A DNA stretch of 64,000 bases from Pontiella sp. (GCA_050290185.1 JBNKHE010000004.1:244409-308408), one strand, 5' to 3'; counted from the stretch's first letter, positions 8,607 to 18,107 are shown. Notes: generated by a model from the sequence alone, not told the origin. A program made the numbers and translations.

Positions 8607-9350
8607 ATGATCAAACCAAAAACATTCGTATCTTCAGTAATCCTAACCATGGTTGCGTTAATCTCTCAACATGCTGACGGACAGGTATTGTTTGGCAGCA
8701 CCAACGATGGTTCCGGCTCTGGAACTCATTCAGCAGGGCATTTAACCGGACATATAATCTACGTTTCTGAAGAAGCCATCCTCACCCATATCGGCATCAT
8801 TTTTGATCAGCCTGGAGGAACGTGCAGAGCAGGAATATACGCAGACTCGGAAGACCAGCCCGGGAAATTACTTGGCGAGATTCCTGCGCTTCGCATACGT
8901 GATCGCGGAGCTACGGAACTTCCCATTGCCGAACCACTGGTTTTATCCCCTGGTAACTACTGGGTTATGATTGCATGTAACCGAGATACGAAGATTTCAA
9001 AGTCACAATCAGCTTCAACCAAGGTTTGTTATCGTCCCTTTGTCTTTGACGAAACCATGCCGGATCCCATAGGTATAACAACTAATTATATGACGACCTC
9101 AACCGAAGACGTTTATCTCAAGTGCAACTATATTAAAGAAGACGTCTGCCCTTTCTCCTCGGCACCAGCAGGAGAGATTTACTTCCCAACAATCAAAGGG
9201 AAAGTATATCAGGTTCAGTTTACAGAAGATATAGAATCACCCAACTGGCAACCTTTTGCACCTCCCTTTACGGCAACCGGAGCAAACACCAATATATTTT
9301 TCTCAACACGCAATACACCAAAACGGCGGTACCGGGTTATTGTAAAATAG
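8607..9350 (+). CDS. Cassette: secreted beta-sandwich protein with a C-terminal ..YQVQ..W..RYRV domain
   Basis: Signal peptide; CRAGIYADSEDQPGKLL; LSPGNYWV; C-terminal domain similar to that of 29734-35430. Confidence 0.75.
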   Translation: MIKPKTFVSSVILTMVALISQHADGQVLFGSTNDGSGSGTHSAGHLTGHIIYVSEEAILTHIGIIFDQPGGTCRAGIYADSEDQPGKLLGEIPALRIRDRGATELPIAEPLVLSPGNYWVMIACNRDTKISKSQSASTKVCYRPFVFDETMPDPIGITTNYMTTSTEDVYLKCNYIKEDVCPFSSAPAGEIYFPTIKGKVYQVQFTEDIESPNWQPFAPPFTATGANTNIFFSTRNTPKRRYRVIVK

Positions 9351-9355
9351 AATTA

Positions 9356-9491
9356 GTCGAACCAGCGTGTGGACCTTACGCGAGCGCAGATAATTTATCA
9401 GAGAAAAAACGAGTGAAGCGAGAGGCTCAAAACGCACTCTCCGTCGTGCCTGACGTTGATGGTCCCGCGCAGGTCACACCAGACGTTCGCT
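9356..9491 (+). repeat. attC site (family A, 136 bp)
   Basis: GTCGAAC...GTTCGCT. Confidence 0.88.
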
Positions 9492-9503
9492 AACAGGAAT
9501 ATT

Positions 9504-10166
9504 ATGATACAAAAATTAATCAAGAACACTCTGATCCCAACGCTGACCTTAATCGGATTAGCAGGATGCCAAGTTTACCATCATGCCGAAATTTCTGGGA
9601 ACGTAATTCACGACCCACAGCTAGGTTGGAATGGTTATACTGTGAATATTCCAGACGGTTACTACATTATACCAAAAAAGGTCGCAGCCGCATCAGCTGG
9701 CCCCCTTGAGCATCCGGTTAACTGGTTGGTGAAGGAACGCGATATTTACACGCTCTCTCTAGCACTCAATTTTGATGAGCGCTTTCTATTTAAGAGCGAT
9801 GATGAGCAATCATACATTTTATTTGCTTCTGAGCGGCTCGATTTTATCAAGAGCCTCAATCAATTCTCAACCGTAATAAAAAAGAGAGTAATGTATAATA
9901 TAAGGGACTACCAAAAGGTCCGGTTAAATGACAGCGATGCATTGTTCGAGCAAATGACCATCAACGGCATGATGGCCTGCCGCGTAAGCGGACGGCTACG
10001 GCCCTATTTCAAAAAGAATTATCCCACGATTTTTTATGAAGGTTATTTTTTCCTAGGCCACTTAAACGAAACTTTTTGGGTTGAGGGGATTTCATCGGCA
10101 AAAGGTCGAACTGAGCTGCAACGCGGAGTAAAAGAGATGGCGGAAAGCCTGATGAATCCATTATAA
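9504..10166 (+). CDS. Cassette: hypothetical lipoprotein
   Basis: Lipobox LAGC; start moved downstream of the attC. Confidence 0.75.
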   Translation: MIQKLIKNTLIPTLTLIGLAGCQVYHHAEISGNVIHDPQLGWNGYTVNIPDGYYIIPKKVAAASAGPLEHPVNWLVKERDIYTLSLALNFDERFLFKSDDEQSYILFASERLDFIKSLNQFSTVIKKRVMYNIRDYQKVRLNDSDALFEQMTINGMMACRVSGRLRPYFKKNYPTIFYEGYFFLGHLNETFWVEGISSAKGRTELQRGVKEMAESLMNPL

Positions 10167-10175
10167 TTCAAGATA

Positions 10176-10324
10176 AGCGAATCAGCGCGTGGACCTTACG
10201 CGGGGCATACGCGCAGCGCAGATAATTTATCGGAGATAAATAACGAGTGAAACGAGAGGTTAAAAACGCATGATTTTCATGCCAGACGTTTATGAGCAGC
10301 GTCGGGTCACACGTAGCGTTGGGA
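10176..10324 (+). repeat. attC site (family A long; R'' mutated AGCGAAT)
   Basis: AGCGAATCAGCGCGTGGACC...GGGTCACACGTAGCGTTGGGA. Confidence 0.85.
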
Positions 10325-10334
10325 GAATGTAAAC

Positions 10335-11129
10335 ATGAAAGTATATCATATTGATGCATTCACCGACGACCTGTTTAAGGGGAATCCTGCTGGAGTTATC
10401 ATTCTGAACAATGACGACATCAGCGATGCTCTCAAACAGAGCATCGCAAGAGAATTGAAGCACTCAGAGACTGCGTTTGTCCTCATAAAAGAAGGACATG
10501 TAAATTTAAGGTGGTTTACACCGGAGCGGGAAGTTGACCTTTGTGGTCATGCAACCATTGCGTCAGCTCATATCTTATGGGAGTCTGGAGTATTTGATTC
10601 TCAGGAGAAAGTGGACTTCCAAACTAGATCAGGCACTCTTCGAGCTATTCACAATAGAGGGAAAATTGAATTGGATTTCCCTCAGCTGTTTGTAGATGAA
10701 TGTGAGCAAAACATAATCCTAAACGAAGCTTTTAGGATAGAGCCAGTTTATACGGGAAAGAACTCCAAAAGATACCTGCTCCAAATAGAGAGTCCTGATG
10801 AGCTTAGAAAATTACAGCCTGATTTTGAGTTGCTGAAGAAAGCAGATCTTGGAGCATTCATGATAACCTGCAGATCAGATCGACCGGGTTATGATTTTCT
10901 TTCGCGATTCTTTGCCCCATGTGTTGGAATTCATGAAGACCCGGTTACCGGATCTGCACATTGTTACCTTGCTCCATACTGGGGTAGGATTCTCAATAAA
11001 AAAACCATGGTTGGTTTTCAGGAATCAAGCCGTACAGGAATCGTTGAATGTGAGCTCCAGGAAAAACATAGATTAAAAATATCAGGACAAGCTAAAACTG
11101 TATTTGAAGCTGAAATGAATATCACCTAA
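10335..11129 (+). CDS. Cassette: PhzF family isomerase
   Basis: DAFT..F.GNPAGV; SETAF; EVDLCGHAT; EDPVTGSAH. Confidence 0.95.
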   Translation: MKVYHIDAFTDDLFKGNPAGVIILNNDDISDALKQSIARELKHSETAFVLIKEGHVNLRWFTPEREVDLCGHATIASAHILWESGVFDSQEKVDFQTRSGTLRAIHNRGKIELDFPQLFVDECEQNIILNEAFRIEPVYTGKNSKRYLLQIESPDELRKLQPDFELLKKADLGAFMITCRSDRPGYDFLSRFFAPCVGIHEDPVTGSAHCYLAPYWGRILNKKTMVGFQESSRTGIVECELQEKHRLKISGQAKTVFEAEMNIT

Positions 11130-11187
11130 CCAGAGCATTCACCCTATCGTTTTCTCCGCGCGCTCAGGGTGATGCTTAACGTTGGCC
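11124..11187 (+). repeat. Short attC site (64 bp)
   Basis: ACCTAACCAGAGCATTCACCCT...AGGGTGATGCTTAACGTTGGCC. Confidence 0.85.
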
Positions 11188-11198
11188 AGAAATAACAA

Positions 11199-11630
11199 AT
11201 GAACATTACGAAACTAACAGAAGCTGATCTCCCAGCCCTTGCATCTCTCTACACGCAATTCTGGGGCGAAGAGTCATCAGTGGATAAAATGCAGTCCACA
11301 TTTGCTAAACTCCAAGATAATCCTGACTACACCTTCTTAGCAGCACGTCTTGATGATCAAATTGTTGGCTCTGTAATGGGTGTAGTTTGTCATGAGCTAT
11401 ACGGGGACTGTAAACCATTCATGGTCGTTGAAGATATGATAATTGATAAGACTGTACGACGGCAAGGTATCGGTTCCCTTTTAATGAATTCAATTGAGGA
11501 AAAAGCGAAAGAGAGAGAGTGCTGTCATCTTATATTAGTGACCGATACAGACCGATATGATGCACGTCAGTTCTATGAGTCATTGGGATTTGATCCAGAG
11601 AAGAACAAAGGATTCAAAAAGAAACTATAA
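11199..11630 (+). CDS. Cassette: GNAT N-acetyltransferase
   Basis: VRRQGIGSLL; ARQFYESLGF. Confidence 0.92.
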   Translation: MNITKLTEADLPALASLYTQFWGEESSVDKMQSTFAKLQDNPDYTFLAARLDDQIVGSVMGVVCHELYGDCKPFMVVEDMIIDKTVRRQGIGSLLMNSIEEKAKERECCHLILVTDTDRYDARQFYESLGFDPEKNKGFKKKL

Positions 11631-11633
11631 CAG

Positions 11634-11866
11634 GGCCAACCAGTGCGTGGACCTTACGCGGCCGAAAGCGACACGTAGTGAGGCTGGAGTTCACAGCAAT
11701 GAAGCGCGGAATGGCAACCGAAGATAATTTCCGCATGCGCGAAGCCATAATTTCCAGAAGGGAAATAGTGAACAGAGAGAACGGTTCAAGAACGAAGAGG
11801 TTCAAAACGCACAATTTTCTCATGCCCAACGCATATATCCCGTTCAGGTCACACGTAACGTTCGAC
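11634..11866 (+). repeat. Very long attC site (family A, 233 bp)
   Basis: GGCCAACCAGTGCGTGGACCTTACGCGG ... CAGGTCACACGTAACGTTCGAC with an extended central region. Confidence 0.85.
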
Positions 11867-11946
11867 AAAGATATCTAAACTAAACTATCTGGCTTTAACG
11901 TTATTAACGTTTATATGCGTCCAGCCATGCAACAGAAAGGGAACCT

Positions 11947-12531
11947 ATGAAACACACGATCGTACTAATCGTTGCAATTCTGCCTGCACTTATTTGGGGT
12001 TGCACAACAAAGAGCATTCAAGCTCCTGCTATTGCGCTATCCCAAGATCAGGCGGAAAACAATGCAGATTTAAGAGCAATGTTACCTAGGGGTACATCGA
12101 TTGAAGATGCTAAGCAGATTATATTGGCTCAAGGATATGACTGGGAGTTGAAAACAACACGTTCAAAGCTAGACGGGACTCCAACACCATCCAACCCTTA
12201 TGCCATATGCACCAAGCCTAACACTGAACCTGTAACCATCGCATTTTCTTCTGACAATACAGTGGCTATAGTCAACATCCTCGAAACACCAAAAACTACT
12301 AAGATCGAAAACATTGTCTACAGTGCAATTGCTGACTATCCGAAGGAAAACGGAAGGAATCCGAACACCACCGAAGAGATCATAGAGTATATTTTGAAAA
12401 ACAATCCGAATGTCGATAAGGCTGACTTAGGATCTATTTCCTTAATAACAAGACCCAACGGAAAGAAACAGCTACGGTTTAATCCTCGAGACTACGCGAT
12501 AAGTTATGTTGACTTGCCTAAATTACAATAA
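11947..12531 (+). CDS. Cassette: hypothetical lipoprotein
   Basis: IWGC lipobox-like. Confidence 0.7.
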   Translation: MKHTIVLIVAILPALIWGCTTKSIQAPAIALSQDQAENNADLRAMLPRGTSIEDAKQIILAQGYDWELKTTRSKLDGTPTPSNPYAICTKPNTEPVTIAFSSDNTVAIVNILETPKTTKIENIVYSAIADYPKENGRNPNTTEEIIEYILKNNPNVDKADLGSISLITRPNGKKQLRFNPRDYAISYVDLPKLQ

Positions 12532-12534
12532 CAG

Positions 12535-12623
12535 GCCTAACCAGCGGGCTGAGCTTACCCGGCACAACGCCCGTCGATTAAGTGAAGTTGATTTCCCGGG
12601 TCAGTTCACCCGTAACGTTCGAT
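12535..12623 (+). repeat. attC site (family B-like)
   Basis: GCCTAACCAGCGGGCTGAGCT..CCCGG / CCCGGGTCAGTTCACCCGTAACGTTCGAT. Confidence 0.85.
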
Positions 12624-12645
12624 TAATAAAGGAAAGAGTGAGATT

Positions 12646-13095
12646 ATGATACCAACGCAATGGACCACCCAAAGCGGGCAGAAGGATCTTCCAGAACTTT
12701 TGAAGAAACTGGAACAAGAAGGTGGCTCAATTGTTGAGTATAGATCCGTGATCTCTGCAGTAATCTTCTATCGGATATCATCAAAGCTGTATTGGGTTTC
12801 CAGAGATAAAAGCCAATCATTCCAGGGACTCATTGTTTCCATACCAACCATGCTCCTTGGGTGGTGGTCTATACAGGGATTCTTTTGGACCTTTTCAGTT
12901 ATAGTCAGCAACGTTTTGGGCGGTATTGATGTAACAGAGTTGTTCACGACTCCACCAGAGAATGGAGAGCTAAGTGATCGCATAATTAGAAGGATTGAAC
13001 AGCAACGGAAAAATCAGCAATGGTCGTTTGTTGGTGGATTACTTCTCTTACTGGCAATCATCATTATTTTTTTCGTGATGCCCTGTTTAAAATAA
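12646..13095 (+). CDS. Cassette: hypothetical membrane protein
   Basis: TMLLGWWSIQGFFWT..NVLGGIDVT motif; C-terminal TM. Confidence 0.75.
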   Translation: MIPTQWTTQSGQKDLPELLKKLEQEGGSIVEYRSVISAVIFYRISSKLYWVSRDKSQSFQGLIVSIPTMLLGWWSIQGFFWTFSVIVSNVLGGIDVTELFTTPPENGELSDRIIRRIEQQRKNQQWSFVGGLLLLLAIIIIFFVMPCLK

Positions 13096-13098
13096 TAA

Positions 13099-13244
13099 AT
13101 CGAACCAGCGCGTGGACCGTGAATCGCACCAAGGCGCTATTTCCCCTTAAGGGAAGTTATCTATCGCTGCGCTTTCGGCGCGGAACAACGCATTTTTGAT
13201 TCGGTCAACGTTTAGCTCAACGCGGGTCACACGTAACGTTGGCA
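13099..13244 (+). repeat. attC site (family A arms, different centre)
   Basis: ATCGAACCAGCGCGTGGACC...GCGGGTCACACGTAACGTTGGCA. Confidence 0.88.
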
Positions 13245-13258
13245 GTAAAAGGTAAAAC

Positions 13259-14047
13259 ATGAAGAAAAACATAATTGCAACGGTGATAATTTGTTTGCTG
13301 ATGGAAATACACGTCACAGCGGCAAACGAGAATTTCCATACATTTACCGATACGAAAGGACGAAGCATTCGAGCTAAACTGCTTAAATTCGAGGCCTCAA
13401 CCGGGCGGGTCTTCATCTTGACTGATAGCGGTAACAGGACATGGATGAATCCTTCTGCCTTATCGTATGAATCCGCAGCCTATGTCCGCAGATGGATACA
13501 GGCCAACCAGTTTCTTTCTGAGAATTATCTACGCGTATCAATCAATAAACGGTTCATTGGTGATGAAATTTGCTATGACTTGACGATGGAAAACCGCACG
13601 AAAAACCCGCTACCTTCTTTGAAGGTAGACTATGTTATTTATATCAACCGGAAGGGGTATAACGGGACGCCTGATGAGATGCGCTGTATTGGAGGGACAA
13701 TCACGATAGACAATTTTGCCGCCCGCAAAAAGGTCGTAAAGACAACAAAAGAGGTATCCTTGGAGAAGCAGATGCGGGCCGCTTATACGACTGGCCTTAA
13801 CGGCACTCTGACAACAGATAACATGAAGATTCGCGAGGATAAGCCCTTAGGGATATGGTTTAAGATCTATGGTCCCCCTCTGGATGGTGTTCGTTCGGTG
13901 CGTGATGCTTCCTTTCCAAATGCGTTAAAGGAGCATGTCGTGTGGGCAAAACATGTGTTTATTTCGCAAGATACGGATTTGAGTCCGGATGTGGATTCGA
14001 TGTCAGGTCTGGATTCTCAGCTGGATAATCTGAATTCGATGATGTAG
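13259..14047 (+). CDS. Last cassette: secreted SHD1-like-domain protein
   Basis: Signal peptide; FHTFTDTKGRSIRAKL...LSYESAAYVRRW. Confidence 0.75.
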   Translation: MKKNIIATVIICLLMEIHVTAANENFHTFTDTKGRSIRAKLLKFEASTGRVFILTDSGNRTWMNPSALSYESAAYVRRWIQANQFLSENYLRVSINKRFIGDEICYDLTMENRTKNPLPSLKVDYVIYINRKGYNGTPDEMRCIGGTITIDNFAARKKVVKTTKEVSLEKQMRAAYTTGLNGTLTTDNMKIREDKPLGIWFKIYGPPLDGVRSVRDASFPNALKEHVVWAKHVFISQDTDLSPDVDSMSGLDSQLDNLNSMM

Positions 14048-14061
14048 CAATGAACTAATTG

Positions 14062-14090
14062 TTCACCCAGCGCGAGGGGCCTTCCGCGGA
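14062..14090 (+). repeat. Degenerate left arm of terminal attC
   Basis: ACCCAGCGCGAGGGGCCTTCCGCGG vs consensus AACCAGCGCGTGGACCTTACGCGG; no right arm. Confidence 0.6.
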
Positions 14091-14142
14091 CGGAGCATCG
14101 CGGAGGAGGTTGCGCAAGGAACGAGAGTCCCCAAAATGCATT

Positions 14143-14200
14143 CGCCATCGCCGAAGGCTTCATCATTCGCTGAAGCTACGGCAGACGAGATGGCGGACAA
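14143..14200. repeat. REP-like palindromic element
   Basis: CGCCATCGCCGAAGGCTTCA..TGAAGCTACGGC..GATGGCGGACAAG nested inverted repeat. Confidence 0.45.
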
Positions 14201-14266
14201 GCCTGTTTTAATGCCTGATATGAATTGATTGGAGTAGGGACAAGATCGCACGTAAGATTCTCCTCC

Positions 14267-14914
14267 ATGATTGAATACAAGAACATCATATTGCAGGTGC
14301 ATGGCCAGACGCTCCTGAAGCAGGTGAGCCTGCATATTGCTGCGGGTGACAAGGTCGTACTGCGCGGAACATCCGGTTGCGGCAAAAGTTCGCTATTGAA
14401 ATGTGCCATGGGGGCGATTCCTATCGCGGCGGGTTCGGTACGGGTCGATGGGATGGAACTCTCGGCAGAGACAGTGATGGATATCCGCAGCCGTATCGCC
14501 TTCATCGGACAGGAACCCGTACTGGGTGCCGGCTCTGTTCGCGATGCCCTCCTGCTGCCCTTCGGCTACAAGACCCATCGTCATAACCATCCGGACAAAG
14601 GAAAGATTGCCGATCTGCTCCAACGCCTGCATCTGGCGGTTGATATTCTCGAGAAACCCTGCGCCCGGATTTCCGGCGGCGAGAAACAGCGCATCGCCAT
14701 CGCCCGCGCCCTGTTGCTCGATAAGACTGTTTTTCTAGCCGATGAAATCACATCGGCCCTCGACCCGGCAAGCAAGGCCGCGGTCATGGAGGAACTCTTC
14801 AATTCCGGCATTACGCTTTTATCGGTATCGCACGATCCGGAATGGATCAGAGCGGGAAACCGCATTATCGACATCGCAAACCAGGAGCTGAACGAGGTAC
14901 GGCATGACCGCTGA
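14267..14914 (+). CDS. ABC transporter ATPase (FetA/YbbL-like)
   Basis: GTSGCGKS; ISGGEKQR; DEITSALD; adjacent UPF0014 permease. Confidence 0.9.
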   Translation: MIEYKNIILQVHGQTLLKQVSLHIAAGDKVVLRGTSGCGKSSLLKCAMGAIPIAAGSVRVDGMELSAETVMDIRSRIAFIGQEPVLGAGSVRDALLLPFGYKTHRHNHPDKGKIADLLQRLHLAVDILEKPCARISGGEKQRIAIARALLLDKTVFLADEITSALDPASKAAVMEELFNSGITLLSVSHDPEWIRAGNRIIDIANQELNEVRHDR

Positions 14915-15689
14915 ACTTTCCCTGCTATCCATGCTATGGATGTACGCACTCATGCTAGTGCCGCTGGCGATTTTCTTCTACCTGCGGCTCGGCATTGCCC
15001 GCGACACGCTGCTGGCACTGGCACGCATGACCATCCAGTTGATTCTGGTCGGCCTCTATCTAAAGTTTGTCTTCCAGCTCAACAATGCTTTTATCAGCCT
15101 GCTGTGGGTGGTGACCATGCTGGTGGTGGCAAACATGAGCATCCTGAACAAGGCAGGCCTGAAACGCAGCCGTTTTTTCTGGCGGTCCCTGGCCGGCGTG
15201 GCAGGAAGCACGCTCCTAGCCAGCGGATGGTTCATCCTCGTGGCCATCCGCCCCGACCCCATCTACGACGCACGCTACCTGGTTCCGATCACGGGCATGA
15301 TTCTGGGGAATTGCCTGCGGAGCAACGTACTGAGTCTGGAGCGGTTCTACAGCGGCATCCGGAAAAATGAAAACGAGTTCATGACCTATCTCATGCTCGG
15401 CGCCACGTTGCGAGAGGCCGTACAGCCCTACCTGCGCGATGCCATCAAAGCCGCCGTCAATCCCTCTGTCGCCACCATGGCCACCATGGGCATAGTTTCC
15501 CTGCCCGGCATGATGACCGGCCAGATTCTGGGAGGCGCGATGCCGATGGAAGCCATCAAATACCAGATCGGCATCATGATCTGCATCTTCACTTCGATGG
15601 TTGTAGCTGCGCTGGTCAACATCCTGCTCAGCCTGCCGGTCGCCTTCGACGACCACCAGCGGCTGAACGAGGGTATCTTCAGATCGTAA
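14904..15689 (+). CDS. ABC transporter permease (FetB/YbbM, UPF0014)
   Basis: RMTIQL..VG; PITGMILGN; GIVSLPGMMTGQILGG; YQI. Confidence 0.92.
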   Translation: MTAELSLLSMLWMYALMLVPLAIFFYLRLGIARDTLLALARMTIQLILVGLYLKFVFQLNNAFISLLWVVTMLVVANMSILNKAGLKRSRFFWRSLAGVAGSTLLASGWFILVAIRPDPIYDARYLVPITGMILGNCLRSNVLSLERFYSGIRKNENEFMTYLMLGATLREAVQPYLRDAIKAAVNPSVATMATMGIVSLPGMMTGQILGGAMPMEAIKYQIGIMICIFTSMVVAALVNILLSLPVAFDDHQRLNEGIFRS

Positions 15690-15746
15690 ACGTAGAAGCG
15701 ACTTCCTGTCGTTTCTGCGATATCGCAGCCAGCGTATCCATCCGTT

Positions 15747-16607
15747 TTACAACGCCGAGCCGCGCCAATGCAGCTTCTGCGTAAGAACGGAGAAGTAGCT
15801 GTGATCCTGGAGTTGCAGGAAGCGGGCTTCATGCGGGCTCTTGCGGATTTCGATGCGCCCGCCCTTTTCGATCTTGTATTCATCCTGTCCATCGATCGAA
15901 AGAATCAGTTCCTTGGTAGCGTTCACCACCTCGATTTCGATCCGGCTGGAGTCGGGCACCACCAGCGGACGCGTTCCGAGGGTGTGCGGACAGATGACAT
16001 TAATCCCGAAACCGCCGATTCCCGGATGCAGAATCGGACCGCCAGCCGATAACGAATGGCCGGTGCTTCCGGTCGGGGTCGATACGATCAGGCCATCGCA
16101 CATCAGCGAGCCGATCGGCTCGCCATCAATCGAAAGCTTTAAGGTGGAAATACGGGAAGACGCCCCCCAACCAAGCACAATGTCGTTCAGCGCGGATTCC
16201 TCGCCCACCGGATTGCCATTCTGGAAAATGCGGCATTCAGCAACGAGACGCCTGGACACCTTGTAGGTCCTGTGTGCGATGGCGTCGAGTGCTGCGGCGA
16301 TTTCCGTATCGCCCACGCTGGTCAGAAAGCCGAGACTCCCGAGATTGATCCCCATGATCGGCACGTCGGAGCCATGCAGCGCGCGCGAGGTATACAGCAC
16401 CGTACCATCGCCTCCCAGCGCCAGCACCACATCGACCTTTTTGTCGAACGAGTCGGCGGGAAGGTACTCCGCACCGAGCGCTTCAACCATGGAAGCATCT
16501 TCGGCATAGAGCGCAAACTTGTGCTTTTCCGCCAGTTGCCGCAGCTCTTTCAGTACATGCGATGCACGAGGCCGCTTCGTATTCACAATAACGCCAATCT
16601 TTTTCAT
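15747..16607 (-). CDS. nadK: NAD(+) kinase
   Basis: LGGDGT; GINLGSLGFL; DGLIVSTPTGSTGHSLSAGGP. Confidence 0.95.
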   Translation of the reverse strand: MKKIGVIVNTKRPRASHVLKELRQLAEKHKFALYAEDASMVEALGAEYLPADSFDKKVDVVLALGGDGTVLYTSRALHGSDVPIMGINLGSLGFLTSVGDTEIAAALDAIAHRTYKVSRRLVAECRIFQNGNPVGEESALNDIVLGWGASSRISTLKLSIDGEPIGSLMCDGLIVSTPTGSTGHSLSAGGPILHPGIGGFGINVICPHTLGTRPLVVPDSSRIEIEVVNATKELILSIDGQDEYKIEKGGRIEIRKSPHEARFLQLQDHSYFSVLTQKLHWRGSAL

Positions 16608-16705
16608 GGCAAAAGTATAGATGGCCGGCGCCGGCTTTCCAAGAACACGGAAAGCCATTTTTAAACGGTCAGCAAGCCTGTTTCATCAACGATCTGGACC
16701 GCTCA

Positions 16706-18004
16706 TCAATCAGTCTTCTGTGTCGCATGCAGGTAGGAGTCCAACGGAGAGGCGAACGACGTGCCCCGGTGTATTTCGCCATCATACAGGACGCTGCCAG
16801 GAAGGAAGTCATCCGCCTTGGTATTCGAGTAGCCGGCGACATTTCCATTTTCGTCCGTGGCACCCACTGAGATGGTGGCGGGACTGGCCGCCGGGTTGAC
16901 GGCAACATTGAGTCCATCGTTCCCGGCAGCAACGAAAATGGTGATCCCCTGCTCCGCGGCATACTGTACCGCATACTCTAGAAAACCGAGATCCTCGTAG
17001 GTCCCGAAACTCAGGTTGATTATATCGATCTTTGATCCGATTGCATAATCGACCGCCCGCATGAGAATGTCGGATGAGGTCATTCCGTTTTCATCAAACA
17101 CCCGCACCGCCAATACCGGAGCCCCGATCTCCGCAGGATTCGCGCCCAAAGGGGTTATCGCTCCGGAGGCAATCAGGGCAACCAGTGTGCCGTGACCGGA
17201 AGGATCCGTCATATCGGCAGCCGGATCAACGGCGTTATAGATGCCCCGGATATAGGGCAGGTCCGCGTATTTTGGATCCAGCCCCGAGTCAAATACAGCG
17301 ATTGCCGTTTCGCCGGGAACCAGATTTAAATTCATGCCGGATCGCGTTCCGGAAATCGGAACCGCCGGATTGCCGTCGCCGGAAAAGGCGCGATTCGGTT
17401 CTGCCGCCTTCACCTTATCCTGCGCCGATGCGATAGCCATCGCATCTTCAACAGACAGCCCTTCCCTGAGCTTGATGCGGTAGATTCCGGGAGGATCGAT
17501 GACTTCGATCACGGTGCCGCCAAGCTTATCCAGCAGCGCCTTGAGATCGTCCGTGGTCGAGCCCTCGGCAAAACCCACCATGATCTCGCCGCGGACATAT
17601 TTAATACCGTTGGGCCCTTCAACGACATCCAGTACCCGCTCGCCTTTGCCCAACCTTTGAACAGACGACTCATGCCCATCGGAAAAGATGCGAATGGAGG
17701 AGACCTTGTAGAATTTTCCGAGCGGGCCATCGACCAGAGTCCATTCCAGGAGATAGCTGTGCGGACTCGCCAACTGAGAGATCACCCGGTCGACCTTGGC
17801 GTTTTCCCAGCTACCCGGAACGCGGGCGAGGTCGAGTGACGGGTCGATCAGAACCTCCACACCGCATTGTTCAAATAGTGCCAGCACCTTGGGCAGGGAG
17901 GCCCCCTCACCGTTCAGCCATACGCGATCGCCCTCCATGCGGAGCGACGCCCCCGTGGCCATCAGCGGCAATAAAAGAAACAGGATGGCAGTCTTAAATC
18001 TCAT
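16706..18004 (-). CDS. S8 subtilisin-like peptidase with N-terminal STN/N0-like domain and prodomain
   Basis: IAVFDSG, GHGT, AAGN, GTSFASP; signal peptide from ATG 18004. Confidence 0.85.
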   Translation of the reverse strand: MRFKTAILFLLLPLMATGASLRMEGDRVWLNGEGASLPKVLALFEQCGVEVLIDPSLDLARVPGSWENAKVDRVISQLASPHSYLLEWTLVDGPLGKFYKVSSIRIFSDGHESSVQRLGKGERVLDVVEGPNGIKYVRGEIMVGFAEGSTTDDLKALLDKLGGTVIEVIDPPGIYRIKLREGLSVEDAMAIASAQDKVKAAEPNRAFSGDGNPAVPISGTRSGMNLNLVPGETAIAVFDSGLDPKYADLPYIRGIYNAVDPAADMTDPSGHGTLVALIASGAITPLGANPAEIGAPVLAVRVFDENGMTSSDILMRAVDYAIGSKIDIINLSFGTYEDLGFLEYAVQYAAEQGITIFVAAGNDGLNVAVNPAASPATISVGATDENGNVAGYSNTKADDFLPGSVLYDGEIHRGTSFASPLDSYLHATQKTD

Positions 18005-18107
18005 ACCAGCAAAATAACGGCTTCCTTCAGGAAAACAATGCATACTTTCGCGCAGCGCAAAATCTCCGGCCTTGTCTTACGGGAAAGGACTGCATTAGAG
18101 TCCCGGC

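Larger units (their letters stand above)
1..14090 (+). mobile_element. Integron gene-cassette array (distal end; integrase/attI not in window)
   Basis: Single co-oriented AT-rich ORFs, each followed by an imperfect palindrome starting NNNNAAC and ending GTTNNNN. In most cassettes the 7-mer opening the cassette is the reverse complement of the 7-mer closing it, e.g. GTTGGAT 3176 / ATCCAAC 3676 and GTTCGAC 8585 / GTCGAAC 9356. Confidence 0.95.

Noticed and set aside
1756..11878. Recurrent short ORFs with RKVHALV / RRSHVT peptides (e.g. 3626-3826, 7983-8165, 11614-11868)
   Set aside because: They are translations of attC DNA; frames and lengths are not conserved.
953..13244. Repeats as a CRISPR array
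   Set aside because: Repeats are 64-233 bp with AAC/GTT cores, separated by whole genes; no cas genes are present.
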